Part shown: positions 1-13,800 of the stretch, piece by piece
Position numbering within the stretch: the stretch's first letter is position 1
Layout: every line of letters begins with the position of its first letter
NCBI GenBank assembly: GCA_043228905.1
Contig: JBHGNT010000013.1
Location: 3,038,001 to 3,102,000 of the forward strand
Direction of reading: 5' to 3'
DNA from: Azolla caroliniana
Lineage: Eukaryota > Plantae > Polypodiophyta
DNA: 64,000 nt
Notes under the pieces: generated by a model
What the model saw: only the letters and a program-made list of their open reading frames with translations
Database searches by the model: none
Told to the model about the DNA's origin: nothing
Made by a program: the position numbers and the translations under genes

Positions 1-176
1 CTTTCAAGGACATCATTATTGTTATGGTTGGGGTTCTTCTACACTTCAACTTGATCCTCATTGGTCCAACGCCATGGGTTAGTATATACACACACACACA
101 CATCATATGCATATTTTCTCATCATAGTCATCCATTCCACGTGTTAGGATTCCTTACAACATCAGTATATATATAC

Positions 177-178
177 TG

Positions 179-246
<68 letters not shown>

Positions 247-260
247 TGTATGTATGTATG
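177..260. repeat. (TATG)n microsatellite, probably intronic
   Basis: Near-perfect TATG run. It produces the spurious 24..323 ORF. Confidence 0.9.
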
Positions 261-696
261 GTACATATCATAGCTAGATTAATATATCAATGCATGTATG
301 CAAATGTATGTATGGATAGATAGGATCTGGATCTGTTACTCAATGAATGGATGTATATGCATATACACGTATGTATCCTTATCCTAGAATGAGAGACAAT
401 GTATATGTCTCATAAATCTGTGGATGGATGGGCGTATAGGTGTATACATTTATGTACTTAAAATAACCTAGAAGTTAAGATGTATGGATATATGTCCGCA
501 ATAGTCCATCATAGTTGGTAAATGTGTATGTATATGTCTCTATATGGGTGGATGGATGTTTATGTTTCTATACGCATACATAACTGAATGTATACTATGG
601 ATTTTTTGTGATTATGTGTGTATGTATATGGATTTAGATCGTATATATATATATATATGTTTTTAAGAAAGGAATGTTGTGTGTGTACATTTGCAG

Positions 697-956
697 TCTC
701 AGTGAAAGGCAAGACAAATGTCACCTATCATGTGGCCGAGGAAGATGATGATGATGAAGAAGAAGAAGAAGAAGAAGAAGAAAATGATGATGATGGTAAT
801 GAAAGGCTTCCTCCACATGAGCTTCTCGCACGAGAGTATTCTCAGAGCCAGAGGATTACCTTCTCGGTGTGCGAAGGCGTAGGCCGCACACTGAAAGGCC
901 GAGACTTGAGCCGCGTCCGCAACGCGGTTTGGAGCCACTTGGGTTTCGCCGATTAA
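697..956 (+). CDS. Terminal exon of a senescence regulator S40 / DUF584 family protein (upstream exon(s) probably outside the window)
   Basis: Translation gives an acidic D/E run then [11 protein letters not shown]...[32 protein letters not shown], the conserved DUF584 C-terminus. A TTTGCAG acceptor ends at 696 and is preceded by repeat-rich non-coding DNA. Confidence 0.85.
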
Positions 957-3428
957 ATTATGATCCCATCACCGCATGGCCCTCTCCTTCCTCTCAAGGG
1001 GTCAAATTCTTTTTACTCCAATTCAGTGTTCTTTCTTTCTTTTTTTGTGTTCTTTTTTTTTCTTCTTCTTCCGGTCATCTCTCATTTTGGGGGTTTTTTT
1101 TTTACTATCGTAATTTCGATGTTGGTTTCACATATTGCCGATGTTTGTGGTATCACATCGCCCGCCCGATGGTTTTGTTTCCGACCCATTGTTGTTATAT
1201 TTCTGGGACTTTCTGGTGCACTGGTCTAATCAAGCTGCATTGAGAAAAAGGGAGATGGAGATGGTGATGTAGTTTTTAGTTCTTTTTGTCCATTCAAAGT
1301 TGTGGATGACTTGACTTGTAATGAGTCATCTCTCATTGGAATGAGTTGGTTTTTTTTTTTTTCTGTAATTGAAAGAAAGCAGAGGTGTTGGAGTTCTGTT
1401 AATCTGCCCTGCTTTCTTTTACTGCCTTGTGAAGTTTGTAGAAAGACAAAAGAGGAAATGACAAAGATTGGCTGTTAGGAACCTTCATGCCAATCACTTG
1501 TAATTCAGACACCCAAAAATTTGGAGGCTTCATGGGACATAAAAACTGGTTTCATCAAGATATGAAATCCTTGGCACATGCTTTTTCTTTTTCTGGGCAT
1601 TTGCCTGGACATGTTCTGTTTTTCAGGCACATGCTTGGACTTTTTTCCCTTCCCTTCGAATCGAGATAACCTACGTGACCCTCAAGGGTTGATGTGTGGA
1701 TTGGCAACTCGAAACTTGGTTAACAACGTGAAACATTGAAGCAAGGATGATGATCTCTTCACAATGAATAGAACTATGAGGGTGAAGAGAATCTAATGCC
1801 TTCTATTTGATGCTTCGATTTTGTCCTTTTTTGTGTATTAAAGCCGATGATTTTTTGGAGCTTTTGGCTTTGTGCCTGATGATGCATATTCTGCAAAGGT
1901 GAACGATATCTTGTTAATTTGACAAAGGATTCACCCCGGAATGATGCAAAATGTAATAAGCAATATCCATCCCTAAACACAGGATGAAATGTTTCTTTGT
2001 ACATATGCTTTGTGAAAGTTACCGAAAAAAGATCACATTATAATTTGAAGTGTTTTTAAGGCATTTATCTTTTGGTAAAAGAGCCATGGCTTGTCTCATC
2101 TTCTCGATGGGAATGTGGTTCGATGAGTTACTTGCATACTAATGCATATTCAAACTGTTTCTAGTTAAATGTCATGGTTACGAACCATTTGAAGACCTCA
2201 GTGTTTTGCGATTCTTTTATGTCTGAAGTGAACTCTGTTTTGTGTTCTATATTTATATATGCCACACAAAACATTCAACCGTTAATAATGTGTAGAAGGG
2301 GTTTCAAAATACCCGATCCTATTTTGAAGTCACTGGCCATATTTTGTAAAGCAGTGTCGCTATTTATGAAGTTAGAGTTACAATCTATAGGTTTAGTGAA
2401 GCAAATTTCAGGTTCTTAACTGGATTTCTAGGAAGTTTTTCGCTATTGATATACTTCTTTGCATTGGAGGAGGTTAAAGGGTTTAACTACATGTGTTGGT
2501 AGAGGCACATTATATAGCCTTAAGTAGAAAATGATCTCAGCATGAGGACTCTATGACAATAATCAAGTGATTTAGGGTGGTTTTAATTTAAAAAAGAAAC
2601 TTGAAAAGTTTCCCACTAGAAGGCTCTTCCTAGGTGGTTGAAAGAATAGCACTTGAAAATATTTGGACTAGGGCAAACAGAGTATGAAATTTTCTCTATG
2701 GGTTAGACCTTGATCATACTATATGGTAGTGTTTTAAAGATGCAACTTTGGGCATGTGAGGACTTGAGGCTTGCAATTGGGTTGAAGACCAAACCATCTA
2801 ATCCTTGCAATGGGACTTGAGACCCATGACATGTATGTTATTAAGCAATCAATTGTCATTTCGGATTTCACTTATGTAAGGGATACATAAGGAGAAAAAG
2901 AAATTAGATGAGTCAAATAATAAGAATCCCATTTGATGCAAATTTGGACACTTGGCATTCTTAAAACTTTAAATGCACCACGCTCCAACGCGCTTGTGGG
3001 GAGAGTTTATGCCTCACGTATTTGTTTGCCAAATGGGCCAAACATTGTTAAAAAGGAGTGCCTTTGATTTTATGCACATTTGGACACTACCATTATGAAA
3101 ACTTTAGATGTGTCAATAGCAAGTTGGTGAATATAGTTTATGCCTATGGTTCTCTTTTTAAAAATGAGCTAGACATTGTTAAAAAAACATAAATCTAATC
3201 CTATAGTTGAAGTAGTTGAAGTACTTGAATGAGGATATAACATATTAGTAAGGGACCTAATAGGTACTTATTGCATATTGCACTTGGATTGCCAAATAAG
3301 TACTAGTTTTAGGTACTGAGTTGGTGAAAAAACATGGTGGGACACACTTTATGCTTTATCCAAGGCATCCCATCATGTCACAATACCCATCTGACTTTGA
3401 GCAAAGTTTACACACAATGACTTGTAGA

Positions 3429-3691
3429 CAAGATAAGGAAACAAACTTTCTTGTAGACGAGCCCAAAATTGAGGATAATAGTTGCCCAACAAGCATAGAA
3501 GCCTATTATACTTTTGGACATTGACTTGACTCTTTACCTTAGGACTTCTATATTAACGCAAGATAAGGAAACAAACTTTCTTGTAGACGAGCCCAAATTT
3601 GAGGATAATAGTTGCTCAACAAGCATAGAAGCCTATTATACTTTTGGACATTGACTTGACTCTTTACCTTAGGACTTCTATATTAACGCAA
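3429..3691. repeat. 130-bp direct tandem duplication (2 copies)
   Basis: caagataaggaaacaaactttc...tattaacg starts at 3429 and again at 3559, with about 2 mismatches. Confidence 0.9.
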
Positions 3692-5704
3692 ACATTTAGC
3701 ATAGTTCATTCACAAATGGTTAGTAAGGTACAATGTCATAAATATCAAAATAGTTCATTGATCAAGCCCTTTGTCTAAATAGTTCATAATTAGGGTCCTA
3801 CAAATCCAATGCTAGAGCAACTAAAGGTATATTCAGCTTGCCATTCTAAAGTTGCATAGACGTATTGTTCTAAACATTGTAGAACTAATTTGTTGACTTC
3901 GCATTTCTTTCTACAACTCATGCATCAAAGTCTTTCATTTTCATCTCATTGAACATTCTAAAATGGCGTGTAGAAATTAAATGAACACGAGACAAAAAGT
4001 CTTACGCATGAGAAATTCGTTTGAGTTACAGTCAAACCATAGGAGGTCATTTTGGCCGTTCAAAGATGTTAATATATCAATTCCCTTTTATCGTACAAAA
4101 TAAGGTTGATCTCGTAGACACAAAGATGTCATCTATACACAAAGCCCAAAACATGGCCTTAACATTAGAAGGTGTTTTTTTTTAATACAAAAACAATTCA
4201 CAAGTCTTGATTGACCCCCTTTATTAAAGATTGGTTGGAATTGAAAAAATGTGTTGTCTATCCTACCACTATCGATTGTTAAAAATTCTTCTAAGGATTG
4301 TGTGTACGCCTTCACATATCCAACCTAAAAAATTTCTTGACACTCATCAGGTTGACTACATAAGTAATGGAGTACAATTTAAACATTGTCAGAATATGTA
4401 TTGGTGGAGTTCTTTATAAATGATTGACGCCTTTCTTGGAAAGAAGGTGGACATTGCGAACAAAGTTTTTTGCATTTATCTAATAATATTAGCCGTAATA
4501 GTGAGTGACACCTAGGAGAGAGCGGTGCATTTTTCTTCTTTCAAAAGCAATGCCATGGTCATATTCTGAAGTTAGTTTTCACGCTACATTTTTTAAAGGG
4601 TTTATGAAAGCACAAGGGCCAATTCATGTACCAAATGATGCCATTGTTTTACAACTTTCCAGACTAATAGTGCAAGGCTTGTCATTTATTCGAGTGTGCA
4701 AGTGAGCAGTGTTACATGTTTAGCTCATTAGTTTGTAGTCTTTTATGATGATGACCCTTTATAAAAGAGCTAGTCTGATCTGAGCCTAAACACGAGTATA
4801 TTCTTTGAAAATGCATATTGAGGTTTGTGAAGAAATTGCTCCCTTTTTGTGGTTTAGAATACTTCGGGCCAAAATACTTCACGTCGCATCTTTCGAGAAA
4901 AGAAAATCAAAGCAACTTTTACGATAACGATATCATTCTAGGTAGCATAGAAATAGGAACATTGGTCAGATAGAATAATAAATGGCAAGATAATCTATTA
5001 TTATAGCAAATGAACTTTCGTTTGTTCCTTATCATTTACGTCATATCGCCCAAAAGCATGGTTTGCCATATATTTGCAACAAGATAGTTTTAATGCTAAT
5101 CCCAATAACTTCTCAACATGTAGTACAATTTGAATCCTCTTTTTGTGAGTGTGTCTTTTACCGTTTGATTTCATACCATTTTCGATCGACACAATGTGGT
5201 GTAACATATTGACACGTCCTATTATTGGATTCTTGGAAACAATTGAGATCGTACCCTCACATATTTGCTTACAATAATTATACTAGTCGTGCAATTATTA
5301 CTTAACATGTGGTGAATTCCCATCATAACAATATCCATACTCCTACTTACTGTCTCGATTTGATAATGTTGAATGTTATTCAATACTTTAATATGTATAA
5401 ACTTTCACATGCATCTAAAATCGCATTTGAATATATTCCAATGTTTCTCGTAGAAAAGGAAATGTTTGTTCAAATCTATGTATGTGATAATACAAACTTG
5501 TGTGTTGTCAAGGTCGTTAACTTTGTTCAAAATCTTAAAAATATTTGACACATTCCTCGGATTCAGCCTCAAAATATTGACAAATTCCTCGAATGGAATT
5601 GCAAAATATGTTATTTTCAAAAGCAATGAAATTACGATTTTCCCCCATCAACGTTCACACTTTCAGATCGATGCCATATCACACTTTTGATGGCCTTCTG
5701 AATG

Positions 5705-5748
<44 letters not shown>

Positions 5749-7827
5749 GAGGCCTACGATGGACATGGATGCTACTATTGTTTATTCGAGTTTGGGCTCT
5801 ACGCTTGATATCAAAATATTAAACTGATATTTAGTCATAAGAGTTTTCTTCACCTTTGTACATTATCTTTTCGAATTCAATATTTTATCCACGTTCCAAA
5901 TGTGATATGCATTTAAGCAAAATTACTTTGCATTAAAATTCCAACAAAAATGTAATATTAGCCAAGATGAGGAACTAGTAGGACTGAATTCGAGAAGCAA
6001 ACAATAGGATTGAATGTGGTGGAGCATTCTACCACACTTTGTATTGTATTATATAACATTTTCAAAATATTGAAACAAGCATGCTCTAACTTCAATGAAG
6101 AACATGATTTAACATATGATAGAAGATCAACTCCCTCGTAAAAACAACTGTCTTAGGATCTTCATGCAAGCATAACATCCTATGAACATCGAGAGCTAGT
6201 TGACATCATGTGCTGATCAGTTTTAATGGAGATAATTTGGAGTTCATACTATTCATGGTCTCTTATTATGATATTTTCGAGCATGTATAAATGAAATAAA
6301 TGAACGAAACAACAAACTTTCACCATGTATAAACACATTAAACCTTCATGTTCTTTTTTCCAAGAAAAAGTAAGCACTTTGGTCACCTGAAAAAATGGAT
6401 CCAAGCTTTTGGAGTTCATCATAAAACTGTCATTAGAGAAGGTGACAAGCATTGGAACATGATTCTACGCATGCCAAAAATTTTAATAGCTAGGAAACAT
6501 GTCAATTCATAGAAAGCATAGCTCAAATGAAATAGAATTGAGTTAGTTTTGCAATGCTATCCAATAAAAAGAATAGGAAAATTAGTAAGAAAATGAATAC
6601 TATTCTTTACTTTGGCAAATTTAAGAGTATGACCCTTGCCAATAAACATTAGTAAAAGGGCCCCTAATGACAACACATATGGGTGCCAAGCATAGCTTGT
6701 AGAAGTTGGGTTTGAAGCCATACAAGGTCATATACTTCACATAAGTTGAAGCATTGGGGTTGGGATTACCCCATATAAACTGTAGAATGTGTGCTAATTT
6801 AGTTAACACCAAACAAGGTGGTTGGCAATCTCAACCTAGACTTCAATACATTTATCTTTAGACACTTGGATAGATGTGGTATAAATTGGGATATATTCAT
6901 TTCTCTAGAATCATGGTAGTGCTTGTAATGTGCATCATATTAATCAATTACAATTTTTAAGTGAAAAGACCCTTATCATGTTGTGTTTGAGGTTGAATCA
7001 CACATTCATAATGAATTACAACAAATATTATCCTGTAACATAACATTTGAGTGAGATTTTGGAAGAGAATGTACAAAAAGGAAAAAATGAAGCAAAAACA
7101 TGATTTACAAACATTGATTCATTAAATTACTACTGCATACAATCTTATACAAGGGATTGCTAATGATATCTGAACGGCATTTTACTTTCTTGTCACCATC
7201 ATTAACATCACTGATAATGAACTAGAGGCTTTCGGCTACCAACTATATTTAGTAATACCAATTTATAGAATTCAGGTTGTTATCACCAATAAATTGGGAC
7301 AAATAAGATGCGGAGTCCAGCAAAAAGGATGAAACTGATCCATAAAAAATTATTAAACTAGCACAACTCCACAGAAACACCTAAATTTTTTACTAAGCTC
7401 CCAAATGAAATTGTATTTTTGTCATCATGTTTCCTGTTATTTCTTACACCCAAAAGCAAACTCACCTGATTATTAAATTAAAAAATCCCAGACACTGACC
7501 ATCATTTTCAAAGCAAGCAATGGTTAGTTTACAAAGAAATTATCCACTAGTGGGCATTCATCTTGTACCTAAAGTTACTGGGAACATAATACAGAACAGA
7601 TGATGGAAGAGTATTGTTTCTATCAATGAGGTTCTCCTATTATTATACAGCCTCCCAGCATACACACCCTTGATCTCATATTTTTTGTTCTACAAAACAT
7701 TGTTCCCTAGTCTGATTTTTACCTTGATAAACATAGCACACAAACCTGGAGACACAAATTTTTAGAAAGTACATTTGGCAATCAATGACCAGAAATAACA
7801 TTAGCTTTTCTGTACTGAATAGATTCA

Positions 7828-10800
7828 TTATTCATCATTCTCACCCTGATCTTCCAGCAAGTAATTAGCTGCTAAAAGTTCATTTCTATCACAAGCCAGA
7901 AAAGCTTCTATTGCACGAGATCGGTTGAAACCAAGGGCCTCAAGCTACATATGACATTTAAAAAATGACAAATGTCAGATAAAATGCCATTACAAGACCA
8001 CAACATAAATTAGAGAAAATTCATTCGTTACACTAAACAAATACCCGTCCGATAGCTGCCAACTCTTCAGGAGTAACATTAATTGATTGGGGCATTGCTT
8101 CACCAAGCTGGCTACCAATATCCCTGCAATAAAGTTTTTTTCAACTTTTAATAATAGCTCAATGTTGGTGTTTGGAAACGCAGAAAATGCCCACAAAAAA
8201 TGCAAACGTCTCTGTGGATAATATACTGTTTATATACACTCAAAGAATATCCATATGCTGTATAGTATATGTGGCCTCAAACAATCTACGTAAGTCAATG
8301 TATCAGGATGTTCCAAAAGGATTCTAAGTATACCCTGAGCAACTTCTCCTTATGGCTGTGTTATCAGACATATTCTACAAAGATCATAAGAATACAGCAT
8401 ACTGATTTGAATTCTAAAAAAAGCCATATGCGTATAACTTACTCCTCTGTATCCCCAGTCTCTGGCTGATTTATCAGGCGAAGAAACTCTTCTTGATTAT
8501 CATTGATTAATCGCAACAGGTGCGGATTTTGTTTCCCTAGTTCTTGTAACATGGGCTGCATAACATTGAAAAAAAGTTTATTAGCATAACAAGCCTATTG
8601 AGGATAGAAATAACAAACAGGTTACCTGTAAAATCTGCGGGTGTGCTTGAACCATGTTCCTAAGAGCTTGAAACTGCAAAACATAAAGATATAGATACAT
8701 GAGAAAATCTATGCTTAAGTAAATTTGTCTTCAATGAGTATAAAGCTACAGTCACATGGGACAAGAAGGGTGATGTCATAGAGAAAAGACAATAGAAAGA
8801 CAAATTTATCTATCTATCTATCTATCTATATAAATATATATCAGGCCAGAAAGCCAAAATAAGCTATAAGACCAAACTAGAGATTTCATCTTAAAATGTT
8901 ATCAGTTTTGAGAACATACCAACATAAACATAACTAGACAAGTAACACTGTTTAGAGTAGTTTAAAACTGGATGGATGATGTGAATGTCACAGTTCACCA
9001 ATAGCTAGAGGTCATCCATCATAATATTATGCCATTTTTAAGCTAGATCTCTGCGTCAGTGGAATATTGGACAATGACCTACAATGGCTCAATGGAATAT
9101 TGGACAACTTACAATGGTTCAGTGGAATATTCGACATACAACAATATCTTCTACATTAATTTCCTATGCATGAAACATGATGTTGCACAACAACCTACAA
9201 TGTCTTCTATTTCTAAAATGCATCAAAAATATAAACCAATATGTCAAACTCCTATCCATGAAACATGATGTTGCACAGCAACCTACAATGTCTTCTATTT
9301 CTAAAATGCATCAAAAATATAAACCAATATGTCAAACTCCTATCCATGAAACATGATGTTGCACAACAACCTACAATGGCTTCTATTTCTAAAATGCATC
9401 AAAAATACAAACCAATATGTCAAACTCTAGAAGCTGGTTTGCCAAACAAAACCTCTTCCGGAATGCCACCTTTTAAGGACATATGAGGGGATCTATTGCA
9501 AACATGAACTGCAGTTTTCAAGGCCTCTCCCCAAACTCCATGAGGGAGATTAGCTGTGGACAGCATGCATCTCACCCTCTCACATAAAGTTCTGTTATAC
9601 CTTTCAGCCGTACCATTGGAAGAGGGCTGGATGGAACTGTTAGCTCCTTCTCAATACCAAGATTCTAAGTTCACAAAATCTATTATGTTCCAGCACTAGT
9701 GAACTCCCCCCCCCATTATCTATGCGTAAGAATTTCAGCTTTCTACCTATTTGGATGGTCACAAATGCAGGAAATTTCTTAAATGCATCAAAGGTTTCAT
9801 CCTTAGATTTTAACAAATATATCCAAAGCTTCCTAGAGTAGTCATCAACAAAAGAAATAAAATAAAGAGCAACCCCCATAGATTTGGTGGGCATGCTGCA
9901 AACATCATAATGAACTAGATCAAGCATATTAGGCTTAGGAGAGACACCAAAGTAGTAGGACTTCTTTACCTGCTTACCATATTGGCATTCTTACAAAAAA
10001 TCATGTTTTCAGCCTTTAGCATCAAACTTGTCCAAATTACATAGTTTATCAAGGCCTTCTTGGCTTATGTGGCCAAGCCTTTTATGCCATAATTCCATAT
10101 GTGAATGGATTTAAGCCAAAGCAATAAACTCGCCCATCAAAACTTTATCATGCAAGCGATACAGAGTCCCTTTCCTTGAACCTTTAACAATTAGCCTAGA
10201 GCCTTTGATAAGCTTCCATGACCCTTTCTCGAAGAGGGTACTCTATCCATGCATATCCATTTGTCCAACAAACAATAAGCTTTTCTTGATACTTTGCCTT
10301 ACATCATGCAAAACCAGGTCATTAGTACCATCCACTATGAGATGCAATGTGCCAATACCTTCAATAGAATAAGCATGGTTATTTCCAAGATATACATGTC
10401 CATGGTTGCTTGCATGAAAGGTAGTAAAACACTCCTTAATAGGAGTAACATGGAATGATGTACCTGAATCCACAATCCATGTTTGTGACAAAGCATCATT
10501 CAAAGTAAGCAAGGCATCAATTAAATCGTTCTTTGTAATCAGCATGTCCTGTGCATGGATAAAATAGAAGCACCATTAACTTTAGCATGATCTGTTGCTA
10601 TAGTAGCACAAAGAATATCTTTTGCATCTAATGGCTCCTCAATGATGAAACTAGAGGCCACATTGGCCTTCTCTTTGGTGCCAAGCAACTATAGGACAAT
10701 CATGATTAGCCATTACTTGGCTAAACTATATGGCTCGATTCTAGAATCAGAATTGAGTATATGGGCAAAGCAAAATGGCTGCCGTTCAATTGGACAGGCA

Positions 10801-13800
10801 GGCTTTCGGAAGGGGTTCACAACTTTGGATCACATTTTCACCCTCCGGGCCCTTATTGAGGAGGGCAAAGCCCACAATAAGAGGATTTATTGCTGCTTTG
10901 TGGATTTCCGAAAAGCCTTTGACACTGTGCCACGTGCTCAGCTTATGCAGCGGTTAGAAGCCCTTAGTGTTCCTATAGATATGCAATGGGGAATCTATGC
11001 ACTCTATGAATTTGTGTCAGGAAAAGTGCGGTCTTCTAAGGGCTTGTTAGAGGCGGTGGCTAGCACAATTGGCGTGAAGCAAGGATGCCCACTATCCCCC
11101 ACACTCTTTGGTCTCTATATAGATGAGGTATCACAGTACATAGAGAGATTTGGGGATTCTGGAGCACACCTAGCAAGTATAGCTATACAAATATTACTAT
11201 ATGCTGATGATATTGTGCTGATTTCTGACTCTCCAGAGGGACTACAAAGACATCTAAATACCTTAAAACTATTTTGTACGAACAAAGGTTTGTCAATCAA
11301 CATGAATAAAACTAAAGTGATGGTGTTTAACACCACCCAAGCATGGGTAACAAGATCAGAACCAGAATTCTTCTTGGGAGAGGAAAAGGTGGAATACACA
11401 CGCTCCTACACATACCTAGGAGTAACATTTACAGGACCTAGGTTCTCCTTACATGAGGCCGCTTGTGCCCGACTTTCTCATGCATATGCAGCCCTTGGTG
11501 CTCTCGAGAGACAATGTGCACATTTGCAGTTCCAAGAGCCACGGACTAAGCTATGGTTATTTGATACACTTGTCACACCAACTCTTCTCTATGGAGTAGA
11601 GACATGGGGACCGAGTCTTAACAAGGCAAATCATTGCAAAGATTTAGAGAGACCTTTAGTGTCAATGACTGCTCGCATGGTAAGGAGCAAAGCATCGGTG
11701 CCCCACAATATAATCTGGGCAGAGATGGGAGCAGCACCTATAATAACCGAGGCATTCCGATCAATGACATTTATCCAACGTCTTTGGGAGCTCCCTAAAC
11801 GAAGGTACCCAAGGTTGGCACTTATGTCATCAAAACAACTAGCTGAAAATGGAGACACTCATTGTTGGTATGCTGAAATGCAACAATGGTTCGAGTCACA
11901 TGGCATGAGTATAAATGCACTACCCCCGTTCCAATATAGCTTGGACTGTCCCCATCTAAATATGACCAAAGTGAAAAAGAATAGAGTGATCCGAACATAT
12001 ATTATTAACTTGGAAAACAAGATAACATGGATCAGCCCCAAAATACCACTTGGTACAAAGATGGCCCACTATAAGACACACTTCTTACATACATCGGAGG
12101 ATGGATTTGTTATCGGGCCACCTTATATGGACATACATCTATCCTATGCGCTGCGTAGTGTGATAGGGCAGCTGCGAACTTCATCACATTAGCTACAGAT
12201 CGAGGTAGGCAAATATACACGACTACCTCTAGAAGAGAGAATTTGCCAATTGTGTCATCAAGGAGTGGAATCTGAAGAACACTATGTTTGTCATTGTAGT
12301 GTCTTTTATGAAATCAAAGGGAGATATCATTGCCTCTTTAAACAAGGCTTTGGCCCACTACGCAAGGTAATGGAATATGAGGACCAACGATGCCTAGGAC
12401 TTTTCTTGCTAGAGCTCAAGAGACATCGGGAAAAGTTTTTGAAGAATACAGCCACACAAGCTCATCCACAAAGAACAATCACAACTTTCTTTAGCCCCAT
12501 CACTCCTAATGCTAGAAGTCAACCCCAGGATACACAAATGGGCTTCAAACCAAGACATAACAAAGGGGTTACAATTGATCGGGCAATGGCAATTTGCCAT
12601 GCACGTAGGCCTCGGCCCCATGGACCACGACCTCGACTCCCTTGTCATCGACAGATAAAAGCCATTATCTCCCGCCATCGTAGGTGCTTCCCTCGCTTCG
12701 GAGACATTTCCATTCTGGATCGACCTGTGCTAGAGATCTTTCGAAGACAAAAGCTACAATATACCTAACTTGAGGATCTCACATGTGCCAAAAACCAGAT
12801 TCCCTCATTTCTTTTCTTTTCATGTTATTTACTATGTAATATTTATTTTATTTTGATTTGTTCTCAAAGATGAGACAACACTTAAGATGTAATCTCTTCT
12901 TTGGTCTTATAGGCCATTTTGGCCTCTTAAAAGACGTTAATATTTCTTTCTTTCTTTCTTTCTTTGTCCTTGTCCTTAAAGTTGTTATGTACTTCATTCT
13001 CATTGCCCTTTTTCTTCTTGTCATCTATGTTCTTCTTTCTTTCTAATTCAGCTTTGCAATATTTGCAATCAGGCTTCTTATGACCTTTCCTACCACATTG
13101 ATAATAAGTCACTTCAGCCTTGCCTTTGCTTTTGCTCTTGTTCCTTTCTACATTTTCTTTTTCTTTTTTGTCCTTCCTCTAGCCACATTGGCTGAACCAC
13201 TTCCTTTTCCACTAGCTTTCCTTTTGATTTCCTCATTCGAAATAAAACCCCTTATGCCATCAAACGTTAGATTAGGGTTATTTGAGTGTAAAACAACAAA
13301 TGTTTTCCACGAATTAGGTAAGGTCATTAACAAGATGATCGTCTTAAGTTTAACATCAAAGGGAGGTAATCCGGAGTCTTGCAAAGGCAGATAAGTGCTT
13401 AGTTGCACTTTTTGATACATCAAGTTGCATACACACTAGCTTATGCATGAGATGCACTTGATTTACAGGAGTGGTAATTTCATAAGGAGCTTTCAGATTC
13501 TCCCATACCATTAAGATCTAAGTGATGGACAGCCATATCCATTAAGATCTCATATGGTACAGCCATATTGATGTAAGTGATGGACTTTGGATTTAGTTTC
13601 ATCCATGCTACATGTATCATATCTTCAAGCTGACTTCAAGAAGTTCCCTTTAACAATCTTTAAAAAAGAGAATGCCTAACATTCTCTTTCCATAAATCAA
13701 AACAACTATCTTCAAATCTCTTAATTTCAAACAAGCTTTTGAGAGTAGAGGCAGTACTAATCATGTTTGCACTCAATAGTTTAAAAAAAATTCACCAAAA

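Noticed and set aside
2800-2875. Degenerate B-box-like motif on the minus strand (possible old SINE)
   Set aside because: No recognisable A-box, tail or TSD.
1670-6500. Possible degenerate DNA-transposon or Helitron coding remnants between S40 and RAD23
   Set aside because: No diagnostic motif or termini could be recognised by eye. It would need BLASTX or HMM searches.
9055-9429. CRISPR-like array
   Set aside because: Head-to-tail duplications inside a Copia with no unique spacers, in a eukaryotic context with no cas genes.
10642-10677. ATG at 10642 as the LINE ORF start
   Set aside because: These 12 codons are antisense Copia sequence upstream of the TSD and are in frame by chance.
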